Shown here: in pieces, positions 1 through 9,472 of the stretch | Position numbering within the stretch: position 1 is the first letter of the stretch | How the letters are laid out: each line of letters starts with the position of its first letter | The notes under the pieces: generated by a model | Told to the model about the DNA's origin: nothing | Databases searched by the model: none | Seen by the model: the letters and a program-made list of their open reading frames with translations, nothing else | DNA from: a virus | Taxonomy: Duplodnaviria; Caudoviricetes | IMG/VR virus record: IMGVR_UViG_3300028886_000088 | Coordinates: 5,339-69,338 of that record | DNA: 64,000 nucleotides | Strand: one strand, 5' to 3' | Translations under genes and position numbers: made by a program

Positions 1-18
1 GAAATTACAAAATAAATC

Positions 19-288
19 ATGATAGAAAAAATACCGACAACAAAAGAAATCCAAAATTTCAATATGAAATTATATTCCCCTAATCATAATTTAGTGGGAA
101 CAATACATAATGAATTGCAGTTACTTTATGTGCGAGGACAAATTGCAAAAGAAAATTTGGAAGGATATTATATCACATATAATGACCAAATATACCAAAT
201 AAGAAAAGATGGTAAAACTGATAATTTACCAATATATGGAAATGAAAATTCAATTGAAAATATGCTTATGACAATCTTAGGATTTTAA
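19..288 (+). CDS. hypothetical protein
   Basis: 89-aa ORF with ATG start and TAA stop; no recognised motif. Confidence 0.55.
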   Translation: MIEKIPTTKEIQNFNMKLYSPNHNLVGTIHNELQLLYVRGQIAKENLEGYYITYNDQIYQIRKDGKTDNLPIYGNENSIENMLMTILGF

Positions 289-309
289 TTATATGTTTAC
301 CCTATTTTC

Positions 310-555
310 TTGAATTTTAAAACACAAAAAAATAATATGCATAATGAAAATAATATAATGGCATATAGAGAAGAATTAATACAACTTTCTGGGCAAATAA
401 TAAACGGAATAATGTCAGCAGACAATTCAATTATGACCAAACTAGTGGATAGAACATTACACGAAGAAACAGCAAAAAACACTGTTGAATTAGCACATAA
501 AATATTAAAAGAAGGAACTATATACTTGTTGACTCAAAAAATAAATAACAAATGA
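310..555 (+). CDS. hypothetical protein whose 3' end is interrupted by the mini-element
   Basis: Removing 513-758 restores ...LAHKILKEIDKKNEAS* (stop at 784-786); the present tail (GTIYLLTQKINNK) is read from the TIR. Confidence 0.65.
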   Translation: MNFKTQKNNMHNENNIMAYREELIQLSGQIINGIMSADNSIMTKLVDRTLHEETAKNTVELAHKILKEGTIYLLTQKINNK

Positions 556-750
556 AAAAAAAAAATGAAAAATATTTAATTAAAACTTGACTTTTTTTAA
601 TTCATCGTGATATTTATTTATTAAATAAACAATGAATTAAGGCCCGTAGGGAAGCGGGTTTAAGGACGGTGAGGGCAATGCCATTAAGCACCCGATGAAA
701 CGTCAATATAGCAAATCCTCGTTGGTTTAGTCAACAGGTATATAGTTCCC
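513..750 (+). mobile_element. 238-bp non-autonomous TIR element (MITE/MIC-like) carrying only a TnpB omegaRNA
   Basis: TIRs 513-534 (aggaactatatacttgttgact) and 729-750 (agtcaacaggtatatagttccc), 20/22 complementary; exact 8-bp direct repeat ttaaaaga at 505-512 and 751-758. Confidence 0.9.
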
Positions 751-770
751 TTAAAAGAAATAGACAAAAA
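640..770 (+). ncRNA. TnpB omegaRNA, orphan copy; scaffold ~643-750, guide from 751
   Basis: 102/108 nt identical to the RNA downstream of the tnpB at 63488; ATATTTAT motif at 610-617 upstream and a terminator downstream. Confidence 0.8.
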
Positions 771-803
771 AAATGAGGCAAGTTAAACTTGCCCCATTTT
801 TTT
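766..803. terminator. bidirectional intrinsic terminator
   Basis: atgaggcaagt-taa-acttgccccat hairpin flanked by A and T tracts between convergent genes. Confidence 0.7.
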
Positions 804-1346
804 ATTTTCTTCGTTATTCTCATCAAAATGAGACCAACTTATCTTTGTTACAATTGATTTTTTAGAATACGGATATTCACAACCAATTGCCACTTCATTT
901 TTATTCTCTGTTTCAATCTTGAATCCCAAATTCAGTAATCTAATTTTAACCTCATCGTCCAATTTTCGATTAAGTTTTAACATATATTCGTTTTCAGTGG
1001 TTTTCTTAACCAAATTCAAGATTTCAGTTACTTGTGCTTCTATTTTTGCAAGTTTCTTTTGACGTTTCTTTTCTTCACCTAATTTAGACATTTCATACGC
1101 TTTTTCTGCGGTCAATAAAGGTTCAACCTTTTTTTCAGTATTTACATTTAATTCTTGTTTGTTTTTTTTGGAAAACACATCTGGTAGCAAAAAACAAACA
1201 ATAACCCAAGACCCAAACCCAACAATAACAGCCCCAACAATGCTAATCAATAAACGATTTTCATTTTCTTCATATTCGGCAAAAAAGAATAATGCTATAA
1301 ATGCCAATACAAAAGAAACAGCATATCCAATAAAATAAACTGTCAT
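783..1346 (-). CDS. membrane protein with two N-terminal TM segments; paralog of 1357..1863
   Basis: Hydrophobic N-terminus; shared VYFIG, TA..AYE, IEA.V..IL, L.D.VK.RL and TK.SW motifs. Confidence 0.7.
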   Translation of the reverse strand: MTVYFIGYAVSFVLAFIALFFFAEYEENENRLLISIVGAVIVGFGSWVIVCFLLPDVFSKKNKQELNVNTEKKVEPLLTAEKAYEMSKLGEEKKRQKKLAKIEAQVTEILNLVKKTTENEYMLKLNRKLDDEVKIRLLNLGFKIETENKNEVAIGCEYPYSKKSIVTKISWSHFDENNEENKKMGQV

Positions 1347-1356
1347 AATATATACA

Positions 1357-1863
1357 TTAATTATTAATTAAATCACAATTATACCAACTTACTTTTGTTA
1401 CTTTGTCACTTAGATTTGAAACATCTTCACACGCATAACCATATTTTCGAAGTCTATCTTTAACATCATCATTTAAAAGCATAGTAAGTCTTACTTCATA
1501 TTTGTTTTCGTCTGAATAACTATGAATAATTTTCAATATCCCATTAACTTTTGCTTCAATTTCGGCTTCTTTTTTCATTTTTACCCTTTCAGCATTTTTT
1601 TGAGCATTCTCATAAGCCATTTGTGCAGTAAACAATGATTTGTTTTCTTTTTCTTTTTCCATTAATTTAATGATTAATGTAAAAATAATACTAAAAACAG
1701 TTATTACTGCACCAACCCAAGACATAAGTGCAAAAAAAAGAGAACAAGTACCTCCTTTAATAATATTACTCTTGCTTATTTCGTTTTCGGGATTTAAAAA
1801 AAATGCAGCCAACGAAATTAAAAAAGCAAAGCCGAAACCAATAAAATAAACACTAGTTGTCAT
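1357..1863 (-). CDS. membrane protein; paralog of 783..1346
   Basis: Same motif series as the neighbouring gene. Confidence 0.7.
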   Translation of the reverse strand: MTTSVYFIGFGFAFLISLAAFFLNPENEISKSNIIKGGTCSLFFALMSWVGAVITVFSIIFTLIIKLMEKEKENKSLFTAQMAYENAQKNAERVKMKKEAEIEAKVNGILKIIHSYSDENKYEVRLTMLLNDDVKDRLRKYGYACEDVSNLSDKVTKVSWYNCDLINN

Positions 1864-2080
1864 ATATATTATATTAAATGTTAATAATCAAATTAATTAA
1901 AAACGATATGATAATTTCACATTTACAAAATTCATGTTGTTTACCATTACAATATATTTTTTTATACTGCAAATATAGCAATTTTTTCAATAATAACCAA
2001 ATAAAAAATGTTAAAAAATCATAAAAATAAAGCCAAATACTTTGCATATTATTGCTTGTATTTGGCTTTATTGTATTTTG

Positions 2081-2812
2081 TTATTGCTCTACTTTTGTCC
2101 ATTTATATAGACCTAAAAAATAGTTTGCATACTGCACCCAAATGTCATAACCAGTGCTGCCACTCGGAACATGTAATGTACCATTGGATTTTACACTTCG
2201 GAATGTTTTACTGTATATTGTTGGTGCTGTTATTGCCAATGATGTTATATTTGTTAATGATGTACAACCAGAGAAAGCACCATCACCAATACTTGTAACA
2301 CTACTACCTATTGTTACGCTTGTTAATCCACTACAATGAGTAAAAGCATTTGTACCAATACTTGTAACACCATTTCCTATTGTTACTCTTGTTAATCCAC
2401 CACAATTAGTGAAAGCACTAATGCCAATACTATTAACACTATCTGGTATGGTGATACTTGTTAATGATGTACAAGATTGAAAAGCACTATCACCAATACT
2501 TGTAACACTATTTCCTATGGTTATGCTTGATAAACTAGCACATTCGTAGAAAGTACCATCAGCAATACTTGTACATAAATTACCTATTTCAGCACTAACT
2601 GTTGTTGCAGAATATTGACTTGTCATTGCTGATGTCAATTCTCCACTTCCTTCTATTTCTACAACTTCACCATTATTGAGTGTTAATTTGCAGAAAAATG
2701 TTTCTGGGTGTATATTCACCTTATCACTTTCAATTGTGTATGACACATATTCGTATTTGTCTGTACACGCTTGTCTTTCTTGTTCATTTTGAAATAATTT
2801 TAGATATAACAT
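2081..2812 (-). CDS. BspA-type leucine-rich repeat (LRR_5) protein
   Basis: 23-aa repeats TSIG..AF..C..LTS(I/V)TI(G/P)NSV. Confidence 0.9.
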   Translation of the reverse strand: MLYLKLFQNEQERQACTDKYEYVSYTIESDKVNIHPETFFCKLTLNNGEVVEIEGSGELTSAMTSQYSATTVSAEIGNLCTSIADGTFYECASLSSITIGNSVTSIGDSAFQSCTSLTSITIPDSVNSIGISAFTNCGGLTRVTIGNGVTSIGTNAFTHCSGLTSVTIGSSVTSIGDGAFSGCTSLTNITSLAITAPTIYSKTFRSVKSNGTLHVPSGSTGYDIWVQYANYFLGLYKWTKVEQ

Positions 2813-2836
2813 ATATTTATAGATTTTTTAAAAAAA

Positions 2837-2873
2837 AATAGTCTGAGTAAAATCTGATTTTACTCAGACTATT
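2837..2873. promoter_or_regulatory. 37-bp palindrome (18-bp arms, central T) upstream of LRR gene 1
   Basis: aatagtctgagtaaaatc-t-gattttactcagactatt. Confidence 0.75.
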
Positions 2874-2988
2874 CACATTATTTATCTATAAATATCTAAA
2901 ACATAAAGAAAATTGGCATCAGTCAGTAATTATTTTACTCAACTGATACCAAATTCCATATCATTTATCAAGAAAATCACTAAAACAA

Positions 2989-3456
2989 TTGTTGTTGGTT
3001 GAATCAATATCCCGTACACTTTTTTGGTGTACGGGATATTTATTATATATTATATGTTCAATTATGAAAAATGGTTTGATTTTGGAAATGGTTATAGATT
3101 CAGTTGTCAAGAGCGTATTAAAGGAAATTACTGACAATGGCAATGGTATTGACAAGATACAAGAATTATATAGGGAAATTGAAAAGTTGTTATATTTTAA
3201 ATGTAGTGATTGGCATTATTGTCACTTGAAATACAATTGGGAAAAATACATCAATTCATTGAGAGAGATTCCAATTAAATTATTGGGTGATTATTCAACG
3301 GACATTGAAACACGTAGGTTTGTAAGGAAATGTTCAAAAATTGATTACCCTATGTCTTTGAAAAGCAAGCACATATCACAAACAGAAATGGCTAATGCTT
3401 TGAAAGGTGTCTTGAATTATGCTTATAAGATATATGGTGATTACATTAATAGTTAA
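2989..3456 (+). CDS. hypothetical protein (probable ATG at 3064)
   Basis: 155-aa ORF followed by a terminator-like hairpin. Confidence 0.55.
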   Translation: MLLVESISRTLFWCTGYLLYIICSIMKNGLILEMVIDSVVKSVLKEITDNGNGIDKIQELYREIEKLLYFKCSDWHYCHLKYNWEKYINSLREIPIKLLGDYSTDIETRRFVRKCSKIDYPMSLKSKHISQTEMANALKGVLNYAYKIYGDYINS

Positions 3457-3752
3457 AAAAAAAATGAACCCAATATTTGGTTCATTTTTTTATATTTCTT
3501 TGTAATTTTATTTTATAACTACAGCATAGACCATTCTAAAAGTTTGCAACCGAAATTTGATACCTTTTTTCGTGCTTTGTCAATTTTAAATTCTTGCATC
3601 ACAATTAAGAGTATTGAAATGACAAATGCAATTGGTAGTGCGATAATTTGTTTAAGCAGATACATATTGTTTGAAATTTTTAAGTTTTTAGATTTGTGGT
3701 ACAAAGATACACAAATTACATAAACCAACAAAATTTTTCTTGTTAAAAAAAC

Positions 3753-4502
3753 TTAAATTTCTTTTATTGTGAATGTTTCTGTGTCCAATTCATATGGTTT
3801 GCAATTGTCAATCATTTTGCAATTGTCGAATTCAACGGCATTTCCGTAGAGTATTTCATAATTCTTTCCGTAATATGCTTGTAATGTATGACCGAATATT
3901 TGCTTTATGTTAGCAAAATCTTGTTCCTTGTATTCAGATTGCATTTCATTTACATCAGCCCAAATGCAAGAACTGTATTGGTCATAGCCACCCCTATGAT
4001 AAGAAATTTTAAACAGTTTTTTCAAACCTTTGGATGAATCCAATAATGTATTTATTTCATCTGCGATTTCTTGTAGATTCAAGTTTTTAGTTTCAAGTTC
4101 ATTGTCAAACCAAGTGAACGTAACTCCAGCGTGAGTAAACAATATATCATCAATTACATAAGCCAATTGAAACAAATCCCTATTGTCATTATATAGTTTA
4201 TGTATTTCATTGTGATGCTTTTTTGAGTGTCTTGAATGATATGGATTCAAACGATAATATTCTTCTGAGAAATATGGCATACAGTGATTTCCCAAAAGAA
4301 GAATAACTTTATCGGGATTATTTTTCTTTAACTCAATGATTTTTTTCATATTTTCAATTGCTTGTTCAACTGTAATATGTTCAAAATCATATGGGTCAAC
4401 ATAATCTCCAATGAAAATAACCTTGTCATATTGGTAAATGTTCTGACAAGGTTTTTCCCAAAATTTTCTTCCGTGTATATCTGGTAATAATAATACTTTC
4501 AT
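3753..4502 (-). CDS. calcineurin-like metallophosphoesterase
   Basis: DIHG, GDYVD, GNH, FTHAG and FGHT motifs. Confidence 0.9.
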   Translation of the reverse strand: MKVLLLPDIHGRKFWEKPCQNIYQYDKVIFIGDYVDPYDFEHITVEQAIENMKKIIELKKNNPDKVILLLGNHCMPYFSEEYYRLNPYHSRHSKKHHNEIHKLYNDNRDLFQLAYVIDDILFTHAGVTFTWFDNELETKNLNLQEIADEINTLLDSSKGLKKLFKISYHRGGYDQYSSCIWADVNEMQSEYKEQDFANIKQIFGHTLQAYYGKNYEILYGNAVEFDNCKMIDNCKPYELDTETFTIKEI

Positions 4503-4506
4503 AATT

Positions 4507-4944
4507 TTAATCTATTTTTTTTAATGGTAATTTATATCCATGTTCTAAAAGCCAACATACCGCCTTATATGCAGCATCAAGTGGTGTTTTACCATATTTC
4601 ATTATATTCTTATTTTCTGCAAAAACTGTTAAATCGATAGTATATTTATCATCATAATTATCAACACTGCCATCTTTGGAATCAATTTTTTTATCTTTAT
4701 CCCAAAATGGTATTACTGTTGTTAGCGTATAATTTTGCAAAAGGTCAAGCAATGCTGACAATGACCATGATGGAATAAGTCCATTTTTAATCATATTCTC
4801 ATAATCAACGTCATCGTTCCAATCATGTATTGGAAAATCAATTATTTTGTCATAATTTGTGTCCCAATACATATCTGACGTTTTCAAGTCGATGCCAAGA
4901 CTAATTAGTTTTTTCGCTTGCTCTACATTTATATTAAATTTCAT
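4507..4944 (-). CDS. hypothetical phage protein
   Basis: 145-aa ORF; PSWSLSALLDLL and PLDAAY..VCWLL motifs; Bacteroidota-type promoter upstream. Confidence 0.6.
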   Translation of the reverse strand: MKFNINVEQAKKLISLGIDLKTSDMYWDTNYDKIIDFPIHDWNDDVDYENMIKNGLIPSWSLSALLDLLQNYTLTTVIPFWDKDKKIDSKDGSVDNYDDKYTIDLTVFAENKNIMKYGKTPLDAAYKAVCWLLEHGYKLPLKKID

Positions 4945-5066
4945 TTTTTTTTGTAAATATATAAAAAAAAATTTTGAAAAACAAGTTTTTTAATAATTTT
5001 TAACTAAAATAATTTGTATAATTTAAATATTATGCTTATATTTGCAAATAAAAAAAAAATAAGGAT

Positions 5067-5615
5067 ATGACGATAATTAATGCGAAATGGGGTGATGTTG
5101 ATAACAAATTCAACCATTACATTTGGGATGGTATGGATTGTAAAGTAATTGAAATAACCCCATCTATGACGGATTGGGAACAAATTGTAGATGATGCGAT
5201 TGCAAACGAAACAGATACATTGATATTTGTTGGTCATGGCTCGGCATATGGCTTGTATTTTCCATCTTTAACTTTTGATGAATATATTTTGCATCCAAAT
5301 AATGTAAATCTTATAAAGGCTAAAAATGTTATTTGCATTTGGTGTTATGCATCATCCTTTTGCCAAAAGTATCAATTAAAAGCATTAGCATCTTCTATGT
5401 TTATTTCCAATAGTATTGAGGCTGAAACAGTGTTGGGTATATCCCCATCGCAAGATGATGTGACTACGATACAAATTAAGATTTTTGTGGAAATTAATCA
5501 ATTGCTTAAAAATAAAACTGAGTTGAAAGATTATGTTATGATTCTTGGGGCAAAAACAGATATTGATAACCCAATTGACACTTTTAACCGACAAGGTTTT
5601 ATTTATATTGAATAA
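5067..5615 (+). CDS. putative caspase/gingipain-fold cysteine peptidase
   Basis: LIFVGHGS and ICIWCYAS motifs resemble a His-Gly/Cys dyad. Confidence 0.45.
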   Translation: MTIINAKWGDVDNKFNHYIWDGMDCKVIEITPSMTDWEQIVDDAIANETDTLIFVGHGSAYGLYFPSLTFDEYILHPNNVNLIKAKNVICIWCYASSFCQKYQLKALASSMFISNSIEAETVLGISPSQDDVTTIQIKIFVEINQLLKNKTELKDYVMILGAKTDIDNPIDTFNRQGFIYIE

Positions 5616-5803
5616 AAAAAAAATGAAACTATATACTAGTTGACACTGCAATTGTTTTTATACAAAATTTAAAAAAATGGCATTAGTTGGATTTAAAAAA
5701 ATTTACTGATGCCATTATTAACAATAATTAACGATTAATATTTTGTTTTTTTTTTATTTTTTTATATATTTGTAATCATAATAAACATTTAATAACTGAA
5801 AAT

Positions 5804-6154
5804 ATGGGATATTATAAAGCGGGTAAATTTTGGAATAATGAAACACTATGGAAATATGTAGAAGATAAGAAAGTTATAGATGTAGATGTTGCACAATTAT
5901 CTAATGCAAATTTCGGTGGGTGGAATGCGCAAACTGTTGCAGATGCGGCAAAGGAAATAAAAACAATTTTATCAGTGGATTTAAATTATCCGATTATTAT
6001 TACGCAAGACTATCAGATTGTGGATGGATGCCACAGACTTTTAAAAGTAATGATAAATAACGGCACAAGCATAAAGGCAGTAATTATTGATATAGATGCG
6101 GATGATTTTCCAACACCCGATTATGACGAATGGAAAGCAGTTCAGCAAAAATAA
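5804..6154 (+). CDS. ParB/Srx-like N-terminal domain protein
   Basis: YPIII....IVDGCHRL motif. Confidence 0.75.
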   Translation: MGYYKAGKFWNNETLWKYVEDKKVIDVDVAQLSNANFGGWNAQTVADAAKEIKTILSVDLNYPIIITQDYQIVDGCHRLLKVMINNGTSIKAVIIDIDADDFPTPDYDEWKAVQQK

Positions 6155-6225
6155 ATTTGAATAATTATACAAATAAAGCCAAATACTTGCAGTATATTGC
6201 TTGTATTTGGCTTTTATTGTGTTTA

Positions 6226-7098
6226 TTATTGCTCTACTTTTGTCCAATTATATTTTCCTAAATAATAGTTTCCAGTTCCCATCCACACGTCATATCCACT
6301 GCTGCCACTTGGAACATATAATGTGCCATTGTTGTTTACATTTCGAAATGTACTAACACCTATTGTTGGTGCTGTTGTGGCTAACGATGTTATGGTTGAT
6401 AATGATGAACAATTTTTAAAAGCCCAATTACCAATACTTGTAACACTATTTCCTATTGTAACACTTGTCAATGACATACAACTATCAAAAGCATTATCAC
6501 TAATACCTGTAACACTATTTGGTATGGTTATGCTTGATAAGGAATAACAATCCATGAAACTAGTATCACCAATGCTTGTAACACCATTTGGTATGGTTAT
6601 GCTTGATAAGGAAGAACATCCATAGAAAGCATAATTACTAATACTTGTAACACCATTTCCTATTGTTACACTTGTTAATCTACTACAATTAGAGAAAGCA
6701 GTCTCACCAATACTTGTAACACTATCTGGTATGACTATACTTGATAATGGCGTATAATCTAAAGCCCAATTACCAATACTTGTAACGTTATTAGATATTG
6801 TTATGCTTGTTAATCCCTCCCACCAATGGAAAGCATTATAACCAATACTAGTACACAAATCACCAATTTTAGCACTAACAGTTGTTGTTTTATATGAATT
6901 TGTCATAGCAGATGTCAATTCTCCGCTTCCTTCAATTTCAACCACATCACCATTATTCAATGTTAATTTGCAGAAAAATGGCGGTTCTTCTGGATGTATA
7001 TTCACCTCATCAGTTTCTACTGTATATGACAGATATTCATATTTGTCTGTACACGCTTGTCTATCTTGTTCCGTATTAAATAACTTAATATATACCAT
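6226..7098 (-). CDS. BspA-type leucine-rich repeat (LRR_5) protein, about 2 repeats longer than its paralog
   Basis: 23-aa repeats; N- and C-termini nearly the same as 2081..2812. Confidence 0.9.
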   Translation of the reverse strand: MVYIKLFNTEQDRQACTDKYEYLSYTVETDEVNIHPEEPPFFCKLTLNNGDVVEIEGSGELTSAMTNSYKTTTVSAKIGDLCTSIGYNAFHWWEGLTSITISNNVTSIGNWALDYTPLSSIVIPDSVTSIGETAFSNCSRLTSVTIGNGVTSISNYAFYGCSSLSSITIPNGVTSIGDTSFMDCYSLSSITIPNSVTGISDNAFDSCMSLTSVTIGNSVTSIGNWAFKNCSSLSTITSLATTAPTIGVSTFRNVNNNGTLYVPSGSSGYDVWMGTGNYYLGKYNWTKVEQ

Positions 7099-7131
7099 AT
7101 AATTTATTGATTTTAATTCAATTATAAAAAA

Positions 7132-7168
7132 AATAGTCTGAGTAAAATCAGATTTTACTCAGACTATT
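7132..7168. promoter_or_regulatory. 37-bp palindrome (central A) upstream of LRR gene 2
   Basis: aatagtctgagtaaaatc-a-gattttactcagactatt. Confidence 0.75.
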
Positions 7169-7274
7169 CACATTATTTATCTATAAATATTTGTTTAAAA
7201 TAAAAAATTGGCATCAGTCGGTAAAATATTTACCTAACTGGTGCCAAATTGTATATCATTGTCTTTTTTTATTG

Positions 7275-8585
7275 TTAATTTATTGGGTTTCCGTGGTCAT
7301 CACATTCTTGTGAACGTTGTTTATCTGTATAATATTTATCTAATGCGGTATCATAATAAATTACTGTCCACCCGCTTGGCAAACCGCTATTTCTTGCATA
7401 AGTAGAGCCACTAATTCCCCAAGTAGCATTTATATTTTGTACAAAAATACCAGTTGAAGCAACATTTTCCACCCATTTTGTGGTTATACTTCTATTATCA
7501 TCTGGTATTGTTGTAAACAAGGCATAAATATAATTAATGTTTGTACAGCCATTAAACATATAATCATATGAATGTGCATAATTAATATTTTTTATTGGTA
7601 ATCTCGGTGCTTCAGTTAATAAAACACATTCTTGAAACATATGTGTATATGCACTACTAATGCCGCTATTACCAGATAATGATGTGGCAGGTAATTCTGG
7701 TGCTTTTGTTAAGGATATGCAACCTTGGAACATACTATCATAGCAACCATTAGCCAAATGTGTTGAATCTAAGTTTGGTGGTGTTACCAATGATTCACAT
7801 CTTTGAAACATTGCTTCATAACAATGGTTTGCCATTATTGTTGCTAATAATGCTGGTGCTTTAGCCAACTTTGTGCAATTGCCAAACATTCTATGATAGC
7901 AACTAGTTTTCATTTCTTGTGCAATCAACGCTGATGTTTTTGTTAAATTAATACAATTTTGAAACATTTGAAAATAGCAATATTGAGCCAAATTTTTTGC
8001 CAATAAATATGGCATTTCAACCAAATCAGAACAATATCTAAACATATTGGTATAACAATAGTCTGTTAAGTTGTTTGATTTTAAATTTAATTGGTTAGCA
8101 TTAACAACATTGGTATATGAAAATAAATTAGCAAATGTACAAGTGTCTACTAATTCTGTTTCAGTTTCAAAATCATCGCCATATAATAATGACATAATAT
8201 CATATTTCACATTGAATTGAGCAGTGCTTCCACTAAATTTACCAATGCCACTACTTGAATTATAACCACTTTCTTTCGGTTTCATTCTACCTTTCCATTT
8301 TATTTCATCCCCTTGATGAACATCTATTGTTAGGATTCGTGAAGGTTCTGACCAAGTGTTACCACCATCAAATGAATATTGTATTTCATTATTAATATCG
8401 CCATCATCTGTGTAGCCACTAAAAGATATGATACCATCACTTAATATTGCAAAAGTCAAATATGGTTTATGTGCTTTTATATAAGCAGCATCAGATTCTA
8501 TTGAATATGAAACATGTTTTGTTGTTGCGGTTGCCTCATATTCAATTCTAGTTGAATCAGTTTTAAAGTGTTTTAAGTATAACAT
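7275..8585 (-). CDS. surface-repeat protein (BspA/DUF285-like ~26-aa repeats)
   Basis: CY..MF..C..L..AP.L.AT.L repeats; N-terminus MLYLK.F...VSY.IESD shared with the LRR genes. Confidence 0.7.
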   Translation of the reverse strand: MLYLKHFKTDSTRIEYEATATTKHVSYSIESDAAYIKAHKPYLTFAILSDGIISFSGYTDDGDINNEIQYSFDGGNTWSEPSRILTIDVHQGDEIKWKGRMKPKESGYNSSSGIGKFSGSTAQFNVKYDIMSLLYGDDFETETELVDTCTFANLFSYTNVVNANQLNLKSNNLTDYCYTNMFRYCSDLVEMPYLLAKNLAQYCYFQMFQNCINLTKTSALIAQEMKTSCYHRMFGNCTKLAKAPALLATIMANHCYEAMFQRCESLVTPPNLDSTHLANGCYDSMFQGCISLTKAPELPATSLSGNSGISSAYTHMFQECVLLTEAPRLPIKNINYAHSYDYMFNGCTNINYIYALFTTIPDDNRSITTKWVENVASTGIFVQNINATWGISGSTYARNSGLPSGWTVIYYDTALDKYYTDKQRSQECDDHGNPIN

Positions 8586-8628
8586 AAAATTTAAACATTT
8601 ATTTATAAATATTTCTTGAAATTAAAAT

Positions 8629-9429
8629 ATGACATTTTATATTTTAAATATGAAAGAAATAAACAAGATATATAATGAAGATTGTCTTATCGGAATGAAA
8701 GACATTGAAGATAAGAGCATTGATTGCATTATCTGTGACTTGCCTTATGGTGTTTTGAATAAGGGGAATAAACACGCAAAATGGGATTGCCCAATTCCAT
8801 TTGATGAACTCTGGAAAGAATATGAAAGAATCATTAAGGATAATGGGGCTATTGTTTTGTTTGGTAGTGGTATGTTCACTGCTGAATTAATGACAAGCAA
8901 CAAGAAATTATGGAAATATAATCTCATATGGGATAAATGCCGCGCAACTGGATTTTTAAATGCGAACAGAATGCCTTTGAGATACCACGAAGATATTTGT
9001 GTGTTTTACAAGAAATTGCCAACATATCATCCACAAATGGAAGATTTGAATGGTAGAGAGCCAAATCATGCACAAGGTCATGGAGACCATAAGGAAACAA
9101 ACAGATGCTATGGTAAGGTTAATAGAATAAATCCAACTTATGAGGACAAGAAATTCCCAAGGTCTATAATTAAGATTAAGGCAATTCATTGTTCTGAGGG
9201 ACAGTTTCACCCGACACAGAAACCAATTGATTTGATTAGATATTTGATTAGAACATATACTGATGAAGGTGAAACGGTACTTGATAATTGTATGGGAAGT
9301 GGAACAACTGCCATTGCTTGCTTGAGAGAAAAAAGAAACTTTATTGGATTTGAATTAAATGAGGAATATTATCACAAATCAGTGGAAAGAGTGAATAATG
9401 AGATAAACCAACTTACATTAGAATTATAA
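8629..9429 (+). CDS. DNA methyltransferase (N6-A/N4-C, beta class)
   Basis: DLPYG, HPTQKP and VLDNCMGSGTT motifs. Confidence 0.92.
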   Translation: MTFYILNMKEINKIYNEDCLIGMKDIEDKSIDCIICDLPYGVLNKGNKHAKWDCPIPFDELWKEYERIIKDNGAIVLFGSGMFTAELMTSNKKLWKYNLIWDKCRATGFLNANRMPLRYHEDICVFYKKLPTYHPQMEDLNGREPNHAQGHGDHKETNRCYGKVNRINPTYEDKKFPRSIIKIKAIHCSEGQFHPTQKPIDLIRYLIRTYTDEGETVLDNCMGSGTTAIACLREKRNFIGFELNEEYYHKSVERVNNEINQLTLEL

Positions 9430-9472
9430 AAACAAAAAAAGACACTAGAATAAAACTAGTGTCTTTTTTTTA

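Larger units (their letters stand above)
2027..2955 (-). repeat. duplicated LRR gene cassette, copy 1 (terminator, LRR gene, palindrome, promoter motif, terminator)
   Basis: Flanking non-coding blocks are near-identical to those in 6173-7250. Confidence 0.85.
6173..7250 (-). repeat. duplicated LRR gene cassette, copy 2
   Basis: Shares terminator, palindrome, promoter motif and upstream hairpin with 2027-2955. Confidence 0.85.

Noticed and set aside
2150-2600. Regularly spaced 69-bp repeats resembling a CRISPR array or DGR template
   Set aside because: They are in-frame LRR coding repeats. There are no unique spacers, cas genes or reverse transcriptase.
9433-9472. Recurrent ACACTAG...CTAGTGT hairpins (also ~16586 and ~23617)
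   Set aside because: They lie between convergent genes with A/T tracts and fit ordinary bidirectional terminators. No TSD or internal conservation.
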